Positions 50,905 to 61,486 of a DNA stretch of 64,000 nt are shown here, one piece after another; the first letter of the stretch is position 1, and each line of letters opens with the position of its first letter. The translations under genes were made by a program, and so were the position numbers. Source of the DNA: Gammaproteobacteria bacterium. GTDB taxonomy: Bacteria > Pseudomonadota > Gammaproteobacteria > JAJFKG01. The notes below the pieces were generated by a model. It worked only from the letters and a program-made list of their open reading frames with translations. It was not told where the DNA came from and did not search any database. Location: NCBI GenBank assembly GCA_965116795.1, contig OZ220716.1:426503-490502 (forward strand), given 5' to 3'.

Positions 50905-52806
50905 TTATAAATAATCTTGGCGTAGATTTTTTAATACATTTGTAATTACATCATGCCATTGGTTAGGTACAGTTTGTCGAAATAAACAAATACTGGGATA
51001 CCATAACGGCACATCACTATCATTTAACCAATACCACTTGGCAGCAAATGGCAAGATTAAATAAACCGGTTTATTCAATGCACCTGCAATATGTGCAACT
51101 GTATTATCTGCAGTCATTACAACATCCATTTTTTGAATCACAGCACACAGTATTTCAATATCACGGGTACCAATATCATGTAGCCCAAGCTTCTCTCCCA
51201 CTTGATACTGTTTTTGATTTTGATAAGGCGTAATATTAAACATTGCCCCTTGTTCAACATGTTTTGCAATGGTTGCAAACACTGAAAATGGTACATCTTG
51301 TGCAGGATTGGGTAACGCAGCACGTTCCCAAGATAGTCCTATTTTATATTTCTGTGATGGATACCGCTGCAACATGTTTTCCCAAGTATGCAATTGATCT
51401 GGATTAACAGGCAAATAAGGAAATTGATCTGGAATCGTATCAACCGTTGTATCAAATACTGTTGGTAATGTACTCAACGCTACTTGCAAATCGATTGGCA
51501 TTATTTTAGTAAGATCGGTACTAAGCAACCAAACCTTTTCCACTTCCTCCATTTTTTCTAGTAATGGTAGTAACCTAACTGGAGACGTTACTACAATCCG
51601 TCTTCCATATTGGGTTAATAGTGGAATATAACGTAACAATAAAATAGCTTCTTCGATTTCAGTATCAACATATACTAATAGTACTTTCCCAGGGAAAACC
51701 CCACCTTGCCAACGAGGATAATCATAATCGATAGCAGCATTATGTCGCTGATACTCACTGCGTTGTTGCCAACCGGTTTGATACTCACCAATACTCAGTA
51801 ATGCATCACTTAGTACATTTGAAACAACAAGATGACTCGTTGACAATTGTAGTGCGCGCTGATAACTCTTCACTGCTTTTTGAGGATGATTTTGTAATAA
51901 CAAATTGCCAGCAAAATGTACATAAAAATCTGCTTGCGTATTATCTAATGTTAATGCTTGTCGCATTGCCACATTACCACTACCAAAACAATAACGGTAT
52001 TGCAATGCAACCGACAAATTTGCATAGGCTAATGCATTTTCTTCATCAAACTCAATGGCTTTTTCAAAACTGTGTTGTGCCAATTTAAATTGGCGTTGAT
52101 TTAGCGCATTAATACCATAATAAGTATATACAGTTGATGAATTGCTATTAATAGCTAATGCACGTTTTAAATAATTATCTGCTTCGTGGTAATGATACAA
52201 ATACGTATGTGCCTGCCCAAGATTGACGATAGCTTCATAATAAGTCACATCAAATTGTAATGCATGATTAAATTGAGAAATAGCTTCTTGATATTGCTGA
52301 CGACTCAAATAAATACAACCTAATAAATTATACGCAGGTGCCAATGTTGGGTACGCATGGATCCAATTGACTGTACTCTTTTGCGCTAAATCCAATTCAT
52401 TCTGCTGGTAATAACTTAAGCTTAAATACGCTAACGATTCAGCATGCTTTGGTTCAATGGTTAATGCATTTTGATAGTAAGTAATCGCATCATCAAGTTC
52501 ACCTAACTGATGATAACATCTTGCTAATTGAAAAAAACTCTCACAAGCAGTAGGTGTTAATCGACACGCTTCTAATAAATAATCTTTTGCCTGAATAAAC
52601 TGATTGTGTTGTAAGAAAGCCAAGCCAATATTGTAATATCCTTCACCCAAATCGGCTGCTTGTGTAACTATTCGTAATAAATCATCTTCAGTAATATTGA
52701 TATTTTCAGATTGAACAACTTGCAATGCCTGAGCAAACAGCACTTGTTGCTGTTGCGATAGGGATGAAGTGTTATGTGCAGTTGTTTCGGATGCCGTCTG
52801 TTCCAT
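50905..52806 (-). CDS. TPR-repeat protein fused to a GT9-like glycosyltransferase domain
   Basis: About 8 TPRs followed by W.G....GK.LLV and D.V.T.DNT.AHIAGAL.KP...W.W.....PLWYPS..LFRQ. Confidence 0.85.
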   Translation of the reverse strand: MEQTASETTAHNTSSLSQQQQVLFAQALQVVQSENINITEDDLLRIVTQAADLGEGYYNIGLAFLQHNQFIQAKDYLLEACRLTPTACESFFQLARCYHQLGELDDAITYYQNALTIEPKHAESLAYLSLSYYQQNELDLAQKSTVNWIHAYPTLAPAYNLLGCIYLSRQQYQEAISQFNHALQFDVTYYEAIVNLGQAHTYLYHYHEADNYLKRALAINSNSSTVYTYYGINALNQRQFKLAQHSFEKAIEFDEENALAYANLSVALQYRYCFGSGNVAMRQALTLDNTQADFYVHFAGNLLLQNHPQKAVKSYQRALQLSTSHLVVSNVLSDALLSIGEYQTGWQQRSEYQRHNAAIDYDYPRWQGGVFPGKVLLVYVDTEIEEAILLLRYIPLLTQYGRRIVVTSPVRLLPLLEKMEEVEKVWLLSTDLTKIMPIDLQVALSTLPTVFDTTVDTIPDQFPYLPVNPDQLHTWENMLQRYPSQKYKIGLSWERAALPNPAQDVPFSVFATIAKHVEQGAMFNITPYQNQKQYQVGEKLGLHDIGTRDIEILCAVIQKMDVVMTADNTVAHIAGALNKPVYLILPFAAKWYWLNDSDVPLWYPSICLFRQTVPNQWHDVITNVLKNLRQDYL

Positions 52807-52822
52807 AGCAATACAGTACCAA

Positions 52823-53689
52823 CTAAGGGGTTAAATCTCGTAAGCACTCTGGAACAGCCAATGCACCAGCATGAATCGCTGCATTATAATAGCGTGTTGC
52901 AAATGATTTACGTTCTATGTCTTTCTGGCGAAATGTTGGCAAATTAGTATGTTTGCTTGCCATTGTCGCTGACCACCAACCTGAAGGATAACACGGTTGT
53001 GGGAATTGTAATGTGTGTAACGATTTAAACTGTGCAGCATGCATATTAGCACGCATCTTTTGTATTAATGGTTTATGATACAAAGGCGATTCGCTTTGCT
53101 GAATTAACATTCCATCTTCAGTTAACACATTAAAGCAATCTTGATAAAACCGCTGAGTGAATAATCCTTCTCCCGGTCCAATTGGATCAGTTGAATCTAC
53201 AATAATCACATCTACACTATTGGGTTGTTCAATTGCTCTGTGTTGCATCCATTTGATCCCATCAATAAAAGATAACGTTGCTCTGGGATCAGTATTTGAT
53301 GCACATAATTCTGGGAAATACTGTTCAGCGAGTCGAGTAACTTGCTCGTCAATATCAATTAAATGTGCCGATTGCACAACATCATGTTTTAATACTTCGT
53401 GCAATGTACCACAATCTCCACCCCCGATAATCACAACTTGTTGCGGTGCAGGATGGGTAAACAATGGCATATGGGCTAACATTTCGTGATATAAAAAATT
53501 ATCCCAACTGGTTAACATGGTACAGTCATCTATTACCATTAAATAACCAAAATGCGTTGTTTCATAAATAGCAATGGTTTGGTAGGGCGTTACCTCTTCA
53601 TGCACTTTTGCTTTAATTGCAAATGACAGTGCCGTACCTGCTTCAGTGCACGATTCAGTAAACCACTGTTGCTCCGTTAACGCTGTCAT
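52823..53689 (-). CDS. speE: Spermidine synthase
   Basis: YHEMLAH, IIGGGDCG, VDSTDP.GP and YPSGWW motifs. Confidence 0.95.
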   Translation of the reverse strand: MTALTEQQWFTESCTEAGTALSFAIKAKVHEEVTPYQTIAIYETTHFGYLMVIDDCTMLTSWDNFLYHEMLAHMPLFTHPAPQQVVIIGGGDCGTLHEVLKHDVVQSAHLIDIDEQVTRLAEQYFPELCASNTDPRATLSFIDGIKWMQHRAIEQPNSVDVIIVDSTDPIGPGEGLFTQRFYQDCFNVLTEDGMLIQQSESPLYHKPLIQKMRANMHAAQFKSLHTLQFPQPCYPSGWWSATMASKHTNLPTFRQKDIERKSFATRYYNAAIHAGALAVPECLRDLTP

Positions 53690-53860
53690 GCATTTATCTC
53701 CTGTTAATACCGTAAAGCACGCTTGTTACGTTTTACTGGTCAATAAGGTTGCGGATTTTATCACTAATCCTAATGTAAATATACCTGCTAACACAGCCCA
53801 TATTGGAGAAAATAATTACAATATCTGTCGGTTGAATAAAAACAAAGGGAAGAGAATTGG

Positions 53861-54868
53861 TTATCTATAAAAATCGATAGTTTTTTGTAGGCCGTCAATT
53901 AAATCTTGTGTTGGTCGCCACGCCAATGCGTGTTGTATCTTGCTAGTATCCATTGCATAACGCCAATCATGTCCAGGGCGATCGGCAACAAACTGAATTA
54001 ATCGGTGATGTGGTGCATGTTTGGGGATGCGCTCATCCATTAAGTCACAGACCTGTTGTGCTAATGCTAGATTTGTTAGCGTTTGATGACCACCAATATT
54101 ATAGGTTTCACCGACATCAGCATAACGCAATACTGCATCAATGCCACGACAATGATCGGTAACGTACAGCCAATTGCGAAGTTGACTACCGTCACCATAT
54201 AGTGGGATCGGCTGTTGTTGTTGGCAGGCATGAATAATCGTTGGGATGAATTTTTCTGAATGCTGGAATGGCCCATAATTATTAGAACAATGTGTAATAG
54301 TCGTTGGTAACTGATAAGTATGTTGGTAGGCTCGAACAATATGATCCGATCCGGCTTTACTTGCTGCATACGGTGAATTAGGGGCATACGCCGTTTGTTC
54401 AGTAAACGCTGCATCAGCTTTAGTTAATGTACCAAACACTTCATCGGTTGAGATATGATGAAAACGACATTGATCAGCTGTGTAACGTTGCTCTGTTAAC
54501 CAGTACTGACGTGCCATATCCAATAATATAAAGGTACCATTTACATTGGTTTGAATAAAAGGCGCCGGTTTATCGATAGACCGATCAACATGACTTTCTG
54601 CTGCAAAATGGACAATGGTATCTATTTGGTGATCATGCATAATACTGTTTACTACGTATTGATCACAAATATCACCTTGATAAAAATCATAACGATCATT
54701 ATCGTCAATGTCTGCTAAATTCTGTTTATTGCCTGCATAGGTTAATTTATCCAATACCACCACTGTTACTGTCGGATCAGTTGTCAACATATAATGCACG
54801 AAGTTAGCACCAATAAACCCAGCACCACCGGTAATTAACACTTTTTTAGGAGTAAACTTAACCTTCAT
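53861..54868 (-). CDS. rfbB: dTDP-glucose 4,6-dehydratase
   Basis: TGGAGFIG, AAESHVDRS, STDEV, YAASK and DRPGHD motifs. Confidence 0.96.
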   Translation of the reverse strand: MKVKFTPKKVLITGGAGFIGANFVHYMLTTDPTVTVVVLDKLTYAGNKQNLADIDDNDRYDFYQGDICDQYVVNSIMHDHQIDTIVHFAAESHVDRSIDKPAPFIQTNVNGTFILLDMARQYWLTEQRYTADQCRFHHISTDEVFGTLTKADAAFTEQTAYAPNSPYAASKAGSDHIVRAYQHTYQLPTTITHCSNNYGPFQHSEKFIPTIIHACQQQQPIPLYGDGSQLRNWLYVTDHCRGIDAVLRYADVGETYNIGGHQTLTNLALAQQVCDLMDERIPKHAPHHRLIQFVADRPGHDWRYAMDTSKIQHALAWRPTQDLIDGLQKTIDFYR

Positions 54869-55734
54869 TGATAATACGCCTTTATCATTTGATTCACCTC
54901 TGCGTGCCAATGTGGTTGTTCAATGGCAAATTGTTGATTGATTTCACTGCAATCTAATTGTGGATGCAGTGGTCTAGGTGCTATCGCAGCATATTCTTGA
55001 GTAGTCACTGGTACAATTTGTTTAATTGCTAATGTTGTATAGCGTTGTGCCTGAGTAATGCAGTGTTGTGCAAGCGTATACCATGAAATAAATGGTATGC
55101 CGGTATAATGATAAATACCCCATGCCGGATCAGCTTGTAACTGTTTTATTAATGATAAGGTTGTTTGTGCAATCGCGTTTGCACTGGTTGGCCCAACATA
55201 TTGATCAGTAATAACACGTAAACTGCTTTGTGTATTAGCTAATTGCAAAATCGTATTAATAAAATTACGGCCATGCAACCCAAACACACCCGAAACACGT
55301 AAAATAAGGTATTGTGTTAAGCATTGTTGAATGACTTGTTCGCTTAAACATTTTGTATGGCCATATTGATTGCATGGCGTGGTTGGATCTGTTTCTGTAT
55401 ATACGCTATCTGGCACACCCGAAAATACATAATCTGTTGAATAATGAAATAACGGGATATCCAGCTGATGACAAACCTGTGCGAGCTGTTTAGCACCATC
55501 AACATTAACCACCATCGCTGTTATTTTCTCTTGTTCAGCACGATCAACATCGGTATACGCCGCTGCATTGATCACAACATCAGGTTGATGTTGGGTTAAT
55601 TGCGTTGTGATATCCGATAAGTTGGTAATATCACAGTCTTGGTGTGACAATGCAATGAGTTGATCGGGTTGTTTAACCTGTGCACGTATTGCTGATCCGA
55701 CTTGCCCCTGACTACCCGTCAATAGCAGTTTCAT
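54865..55734 (-). CDS. rfbD: dTDP-4-dehydrorhamnose reductase
   Basis: GSQGQVG, AAYTDVD.AE, STDYVF and YGHTK motifs. Confidence 0.94.
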   Translation of the reverse strand: MKLLLTGSQGQVGSAIRAQVKQPDQLIALSHQDCDITNLSDITTQLTQHQPDVVINAAAYTDVDRAEQEKITAMVVNVDGAKQLAQVCHQLDIPLFHYSTDYVFSGVPDSVYTETDPTTPCNQYGHTKCLSEQVIQQCLTQYLILRVSGVFGLHGRNFINTILQLANTQSSLRVITDQYVGPTSANAIAQTTLSLIKQLQADPAWGIYHYTGIPFISWYTLAQHCITQAQRYTTLAIKQIVPVTTQEYAAIAPRPLHPQLDCSEINQQFAIEQPHWHAEVNQMIKAYYQ

Positions 55735-56300
55735 GCTGACTCCAGATAAACAGGCAATTGGTCAGGACGCAAATCACACAAACGCCAACTGTGTTTATCA
55801 TGTTCGGATAAAACTGGATCATGGATCGGCCAAGGAATATTTAAATCCGGATCATCCCATTGTATTGTCATTTCTGACGTCGGATCATACACAGCAGTAC
55901 ACTTATATTGAAAATCAACAACCGGTGCTAATGTACAAAAACCATGTGCAAAGCCAGGTGGAATATAAACTTGCTGCTGGGTTTCGGCATCTAATTCAAT
56001 AGTTACTGATTGCGCAAAGGTTGGTGAACCATGGCGTATATCAACAATCACATCAAATGCTCGACCTTGTGTTACCCACACTAATTTACCTTGTGGATGA
56101 GGCCATTGATAATGTAAACCGCGGATGATCCCTTGACCAGATCGCGACATATTATCTTGCACAAATGTCACATTAAGGCCAGCTTGTTCGACATAGCGTT
56201 GTTGATGATAATGTTCGATAAAAAAACCACGTTCATCGTTACAAAGATTAGGTTGAATCAAGATAACACCAGGCAAATTGGTGTTGGTGATATCCATCAT
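55731..56300 (-). CDS. rfbC: dTDP-4-dehydrorhamnose 3,5-epimerase
   Basis: DERGFF, RGLHYQ and PGFAHGF motifs. Confidence 0.95.
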   Translation of the reverse strand: MMDITNTNLPGVILIQPNLCNDERGFFIEHYHQQRYVEQAGLNVTFVQDNMSRSGQGIIRGLHYQWPHPQGKLVWVTQGRAFDVIVDIRHGSPTFAQSVTIELDAETQQQVYIPPGFAHGFCTLAPVVDFQYKCTAVYDPTSEMTIQWDDPDLNIPWPIHDPVLSEHDKHSWRLCDLRPDQLPVYLESA

Positions 56301-57187
56301 TCATCTCCTGATACGCTAGGAAAATTTGATTCTGGCAAACGACGTAAATAATCACCGTAATCATTATGAAAGTGCTGTGCAAGCGTTAATAATTGTGTAG
56401 TGTCGATATAACCCATGCGCCAAGCAACTTCTTCGGGACAACCAATCTTCAATCCTTGACGTTGTTCAAGTACTTGAATAAAACGCGACGCATCGGTTAA
56501 TGCATTATGGGTTCCTGTATCTAACCAAACAGAACCCGGCATTAGCTTGTGTACGTGTAGACGATCTTGTTTAAGGTAACATTGATTTAGATCAGTAATT
56601 TCTAATTCATTGCGTGCCGATGGGGTTAACTGTTTTGTTAATTCCACTGCGTCATGTTGATAAAAATAAAATCCTGGTACTGCATAGTGGGAAATAGGTG
56701 TTGATGGTTTTTCAATTAATTGCTTTGGTTTACCTGTTTCATCGAATTGCACAACACCGTAGCGACTCGGATCACGTACATGATAAGCAAACACGGTTGC
56801 ACCCGGATTCGTATCACGTGCTTGTTGAAGAAATTGTGCAAGATGATATCCGTAAATTAGGTTATCACCAAATGCCAATGCGGTCGCTTGCCCATCGAGA
56901 AATGTTTCTGCCAAGATTAGCGCTTGTGCAGCTCCAGCAGGCGTGGGTTGCGCGAGAAAGGTAAAACGCAATCCCCATTGACTCCCATCGCCCAGTAATC
57001 TCTCAAATAAGGGCTTGTCGATTGGTGTCGTAATGACTAAGATGTCAGTCAGTCCACTGAGCATCACCGTTGACAATGCATAGTAAATCATTGGCTTGTC
57101 ATAAACTGGTAATAAGTGTTTACTAACGCTCAATGTAGATGGATATAGGCGTGTCCCTGAACCGCCTGCAAGTATAATTGCTTTCAT
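56297..57187 (-). CDS. rfbA: Glucose-1-phosphate thymidylyltransferase
   Basis: LAGGSGTRLYP, EKP, ELEITD and WLDTGT motifs. Confidence 0.96.
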   Translation of the reverse strand: MKAIILAGGSGTRLYPSTLSVSKHLLPVYDKPMIYYALSTVMLSGLTDILVITTPIDKPLFERLLGDGSQWGLRFTFLAQPTPAGAAQALILAETFLDGQATALAFGDNLIYGYHLAQFLQQARDTNPGATVFAYHVRDPSRYGVVQFDETGKPKQLIEKPSTPISHYAVPGFYFYQHDAVELTKQLTPSARNELEITDLNQCYLKQDRLHVHKLMPGSVWLDTGTHNALTDASRFIQVLEQRQGLKIGCPEEVAWRMGYIDTTQLLTLAQHFHNDYGDYLRRLPESNFPSVSGDE

Positions 57188-57203
57188 ATGGTAACCAATT
57201 GTT

Positions 57204-58346
57204 GTGACAAGATTTGCTTTTTGCCTATTTAGCTATTTTCCCTACGGTGGCTTACAAATTGACTTTAGGCAGATCCTGGCGTTGTGTCAACACGCTGGAC
57301 ATACTGTTGATATTTACACAATGGATTGGCAAGGCCCTCTTCCCGATGATCATCATATTCATTTCATTAATACATCAGCATTAACCAATCATAGCCGTGC
57401 ACAACAATTTAGCCAACAGGTTATGCATACTGTGACTAAACAACAATATGACTGTATCGTAGGATTTAATCAAATCCCAGGCATTGACGTTTATTTTGCT
57501 GCTGATGTGTGTTTTGCTTGGAAAATGGCATTGCAACATCCACATTATTACCGTTGGCTGCCACGTTATCATACTTATCTCACATTAGAACGCAAACTCT
57601 TTCAAGAAACACCACATTGTTTATGGTTAACACCAATGCAACAAGCTAATTATCAAGCCCATTACCACATTGCTGATGATAAAAATCATTTATTACTGCC
57701 TGGACTAACTTGTGATTGGCAATACCCAACTGATACACAGCATATACGTCAATGTTATCGAGACAAATTAAATCTCGCACAAGATGAAATATTATTACTG
57801 TCAGTTGGTTCACATTTCAAAACAAAAGGCATTTCGCGTAGTTTACGCGCTTATGCAGCATTGTCAGCAACATTACAGGAAAAAACACACTTCATCGTGA
57901 TTGGAAAAAGTAAAGAAAAACCATATTTAGAACTTGCTAGAAAATTACAGATCGAATCACAGATAACGTTTTTAGGGGCACAATCAGACATATTACCATT
58001 TATGCTAGCGGCTGATTTACTATTACATCCGGCATTGTATGAATCTGCAGGGTTAGTGTTGCTCGAAGCACTTACCTTGGGTTTACCGATCATCACTACA
58101 CAAGATTGTGGACATGCTTGGCATATTCAACAAGCCAATGCTGGCATGGTGCTACCCACACCGTTTTCTCAGCACGAATATAACAATGCATTATATAGTG
58201 CATTATCAACTGGCAAGTTAGCCACATGGAAAACAAATGGGTTAACGTATGCTAAACAAACTCAGTTACATGGCTTGCACGAGAAAGCTGTTAATATTAT
58301 TGAAACTGTCGCGAGTAATGGATCCCGCAGTCAAGCTGCGGGATGA
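57204..58346 (+). CDS. GT4 LPS core glycosyltransferase (WaaG/RfaG-like)
   Basis: AFCLFSYFPYGGLQ N-terminus; GS.FKTKG and HPALYE.AG.VLLEA motifs. Confidence 0.85.
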   Translation: MTRFAFCLFSYFPYGGLQIDFRQILALCQHAGHTVDIYTMDWQGPLPDDHHIHFINTSALTNHSRAQQFSQQVMHTVTKQQYDCIVGFNQIPGIDVYFAADVCFAWKMALQHPHYYRWLPRYHTYLTLERKLFQETPHCLWLTPMQQANYQAHYHIADDKNHLLLPGLTCDWQYPTDTQHIRQCYRDKLNLAQDEILLLSVGSHFKTKGISRSLRAYAALSATLQEKTHFIVIGKSKEKPYLELARKLQIESQITFLGAQSDILPFMLAADLLLHPALYESAGLVLLEALTLGLPIITTQDCGHAWHIQQANAGMVLPTPFSQHEYNNALYSALSTGKLATWKTNGLTYAKQTQLHGLHEKAVNIIETVASNGSRSQAAG

Positions 58347-58348
58347 CG
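58320..58348. repeat. REP-like hairpin overlapping the GT4 stop codon
   Basis: ATCCCGCAG-TCAAG-CTGCGGGAT followed by GACG, the same end as the 50659-50829 element. Confidence 0.7.
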
Positions 58349-58388
58349 GACCCAAGGATCGATATCTAACTTTCAAAGGCGCAATGTC

Positions 58389-58514
58389 TATACTCAAAGC
58401 GTTTTGACTGTAGGCGAGGCGGCAAGCCTTCTCGTCAAAGGAGTGTATTGAAATACATGACTTTGACGAGAAGGTGCAGCCAACAAAGCATACCGTTAAA
58501 ACACGAAGAGTATA
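58389..58514. mobile_element. Full-length 126-bp ERIC-like MITE
   Basis: TATACTC...GAGTATA ends; AGGCGGCAAG; inner stem CCTTCTCGTCAAAG/CTTTGACGAGAAGG; GGAG-TGTATT...AATACA-TGAC core; GCAGCCAAC. Confidence 0.88.
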
Positions 58515-59420
58515 CTAATATAACGGAGGTTCGCCCCTAGGCCGCGTACGAAATCGACGATACTGCCATAAATATTGTTCCGGTTTATGACGAACTAATT
58601 TTTCAACTTCCATATTAATGCGTGTAGCATCATTGACAGCATCTCCTGTTGGAAAATGTTCAAGTGGTGGATAAAATGTTATATCATAGCCTTTATGATC
58701 ATCACGCCTAAAATAACTAGTCATTAATACGCTGGCATTTGTTATTTGTGCAAGACGCGCTGTTGTCTTAAGCGAATGTGCAGTGACCCCAAAAAAAGGA
58801 GCAAACACACCACGTCGTTTACTTGGATCGATATCAGGGCTATACCATAGTGGGATCCCTTGATTTAATTGCTTAACCAATGTGCGCATATTCTTACGTT
58901 CATGCAGTTGGTTATAATGCGGTTTACGCGCCAATTTCAGTACTGCACTTAATAATGGATGCTTAGGGTTTCGAAACATGATTGAAAAATCTAGATGCGA
59001 ACTCATCAACCTGCCAGCCATTTCCATTGATAAGAAATGTCCCCCAAGGATTAGAATATTTTTATGCTGTGCACGTAAACGCTCGAGATGTTCTAAACCG
59101 TGGATATGTGCCAATTTGGTTAACTTATTTTGTGATGCCCACCACGCTACCGGCGTCTCAAATAGTGCCATTCCCAGTGATTCAAAATACTTAACAAGCA
59201 ATTGGTGACGCTGTGCTGCTGTCCAGTCAGGGAAACACAGATCAATATTAATGTTAGCAACCCGTTTTGCGCGGGTATTAAAGCAATAGTATAGTCGGCC
59301 AACATATTTACCCAGTATCAATAATAATCGGTATGGTAGCAAACAAATCACAAACCGGATAAGTTGTAATAAACACCACAGTGGCCAATAATGAATGGGA
59401 ATTGCTGTTGTTGTTTTCAT
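58515..59420 (-). CDS. lpxL: Lipid A late acyltransferase (LpxL/HtrB family)
   Basis: NIDLCFP, HFLSME (Hx4E), FAPFFG and PEQYLWQYRRFRTRP motifs. Confidence 0.88.
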   Translation of the reverse strand: MKTTTAIPIHYWPLWCLLQLIRFVICLLPYRLLLILGKYVGRLYYCFNTRAKRVANINIDLCFPDWTAAQRHQLLVKYFESLGMALFETPVAWWASQNKLTKLAHIHGLEHLERLRAQHKNILILGGHFLSMEMAGRLMSSHLDFSIMFRNPKHPLLSAVLKLARKPHYNQLHERKNMRTLVKQLNQGIPLWYSPDIDPSKRRGVFAPFFGVTAHSLKTTARLAQITNASVLMTSYFRRDDHKGYDITFYPPLEHFPTGDAVNDATRINMEVEKLVRHKPEQYLWQYRRFRTRPRGEPPLY

Positions 59421-59530
59421 CCGATTAACATATCACACACAGCGAATTTATTCTAATCAATGTTATCAATTGATACTACCCCTACACTTACTGCAAAACT
59501 TCGGTATAATTTAATAGTAATAATCATTGA

Positions 59531-60550
59531 ATGAGGGACCATCCAATGCCACTTGAAATGACACCATCCACTTCTGTTCAGCCATCTACATCGTCATTAT
59601 TTGATACGATCCAACACGCTAGACACACGTTAGAACAGCGTATTATCGGGCAACAAGCCTTAGTGTTACGCCTATTTATCGCATTGCTGGCCGATGGCCA
59701 TCTATTAGTTGAAGGCGCACCTGGATTAGCTAAAACCAGTGCTATCAAAGCGTTAGCTGAAGTGATTGAAGGCGATTTCCATCGGGTACAATTTACTCCA
59801 GATTTATTGCCTGGTGATTTAACTGGCACTGATATTTACCAACCACAAACCGGTTCATTTCATTTTCAGCAAGGCCCACTATTTCATAATATTATTTTGG
59901 CAGATGAAATTAACCGTGCACCTGCTAAAGTGCAGTCAGCATTACTAGAAGCCATGGCAGAACGTCAAATTACCATTGGTTGTAGTACGTATGCATTACC
60001 AGATTTATTCTTTGTAATGGCAACTCAAAACCCCATTGAACAAGAAGGAACTTATCCGTTACCAGAGGCACAATTAGATCGCTTTCTAATGTATGTTACG
60101 ATTGATTACCCCTCTATTAACGCCGAATACGACATTTTACAGTTAGCACGTCATCAAGCATTGACACAACAATCGCGGGACAGTCACATAGTAACTATTT
60201 CGCAAAAACAAATCATTAATGCACGCCATCAAGCTCTACAACTACACATGAGTGATGAATTATCCCAGTATATTGTGCAATTAGTGCATGCGACACGACA
60301 GCCGGATCAAACAAACATAGGGCGCTGGCTACGTTTTGGTGCAAGTCCACGCGCCACCATTGGTCTTGATCGTTGTGCACGTGTACATGCTTGGTTACAT
60401 AACCGTGATTACGTGAATCCAGATGATATTCACGCAATTGCACACGATGTATTGCGTCATCGCATTTTATTAAACGTCGAGGCGCAAGCTGAAGGAGTGA
60501 CAACTGATCAGGTTATCGATGAATTATTACATCACGTTGTAATTCCATAA
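59531..60550 (+). CDS. moxR: MoxR family AAA+ ATPase
   Basis: EGAPGLAKT, QFTPDLLP, DEINRA, ATQNPIEQEGTYPLPEAQLDRF and GASPR motifs. Confidence 0.95.
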   Translation: MRDHPMPLEMTPSTSVQPSTSSLFDTIQHARHTLEQRIIGQQALVLRLFIALLADGHLLVEGAPGLAKTSAIKALAEVIEGDFHRVQFTPDLLPGDLTGTDIYQPQTGSFHFQQGPLFHNIILADEINRAPAKVQSALLEAMAERQITIGCSTYALPDLFFVMATQNPIEQEGTYPLPEAQLDRFLMYVTIDYPSINAEYDILQLARHQALTQQSRDSHIVTISQKQIINARHQALQLHMSDELSQYIVQLVHATRQPDQTNIGRWLRFGASPRATIGLDRCARVHAWLHNRDYVNPDDIHAIAHDVLRHRILLNVEAQAEGVTTDQVIDELLHHVVIP

Positions 60551-60562
60551 TAGGCGATCAAG

Positions 60563-61486
60563 ATGGTTAATTCACTAACAGATATTGAGCTACCTGATTT
60601 AATTGCCTGTCAGCATGCTGCAACTGATTTAGATTTGCGTCATTGTGCTTACCACATTAGACAATTAGCTGGTAATTATACTGCACACCTTCGTGGACGT
60701 GGCGTTGATTTTGCTGAAACGCGTCGCTATCAATCAGGTGACGATGTGCGTTGTATGGATTGGCGTGTCACTGCGCGCACTGGCAAACCACATGTTAAAG
60801 TTTATCAAACTGAACGTGAACGTCCGATTATATTTGCAACTGATGTTAGTCATTCCTTATTCTTTGGAACACAAACCGCATTTAAATCAGTTATTGCAGC
60901 CAAGCTAACCGCCACATTAGCATGGACAGCTGTTCATCAAGGTGATCGTAGCGGCGGTTTAGTCTTTAGCAATGATCAACAGCATGCAATTCGTCCTGCA
61001 CCTCGTCAGCAAGGGATATTGCCGTTACTCAATGCATTAAGCAAAGCCACCATGCCTAGCACAACAACAGCAGGTTATTTTAATAAAGCACTCTCTCAAT
61101 TAATACCCATTACACGTACAGGAAGTTTAGTGTTTGTTATTAGTGACTTTCTTGATATAAACGACGATAGTGCGCGTTATTTAAGTCGTTTAAGTTTACA
61201 TAATGATGTTATCTGTATCTGTATTTATGACAGACTAGAAGCTGCTGCACCTTTACCTAACCATTATCAATTTAGCAATGGTCAACATACTGTATTGCTA
61301 GATACACATAATACTAAATCTAACCAAGAATATGCCAATCAATTTAGTAAACGTATCAGTAATATAAAACAATTATTAGCACCTTACGCAATTCCATTAC
61401 TATTAATTAATACCGCTGAGCCATTGCAAACTACATTATCAGCTACATTTGGTAAATCAGCAGCAAAAACTAGGTACACTGTATGA
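60563..61486 (+). CDS. DUF58 (VWA-like) protein
   Basis: GRGVDFAE.RRYQ.GDD.R.MDWRVTAR and ISDF motifs. Confidence 0.92.
   Translation: MVNSLTDIELPDLIACQHAATDLDLRHCAYHIRQLAGNYTAHLRGRGVDFAETRRYQSGDDVRCMDWRVTARTGKPHVKVYQTERERPIIFATDVSHSLFFGTQTAFKSVIAAKLTATLAWTAVHQGDRSGGLVFSNDQQHAIRPAPRQQGILPLLNALSKATMPSTTTAGYFNKALSQLIPITRTGSLVFVISDFLDINDDSARYLSRLSLHNDVICICIYDRLEAAAPLPNHYQFSNGQHTVLLDTHNTKSNQEYANQFSKRISNIKQLLAPYAIPLLLINTAEPLQTTLSATFGKSAAKTRYTV

Noticed and set aside
59512-59530. Fur-box-like AT-rich sequences before moxR (also near yhhQ and trxA)
   Set aside because: Only partial matches, which are expected by chance in AT-rich intergenic DNA
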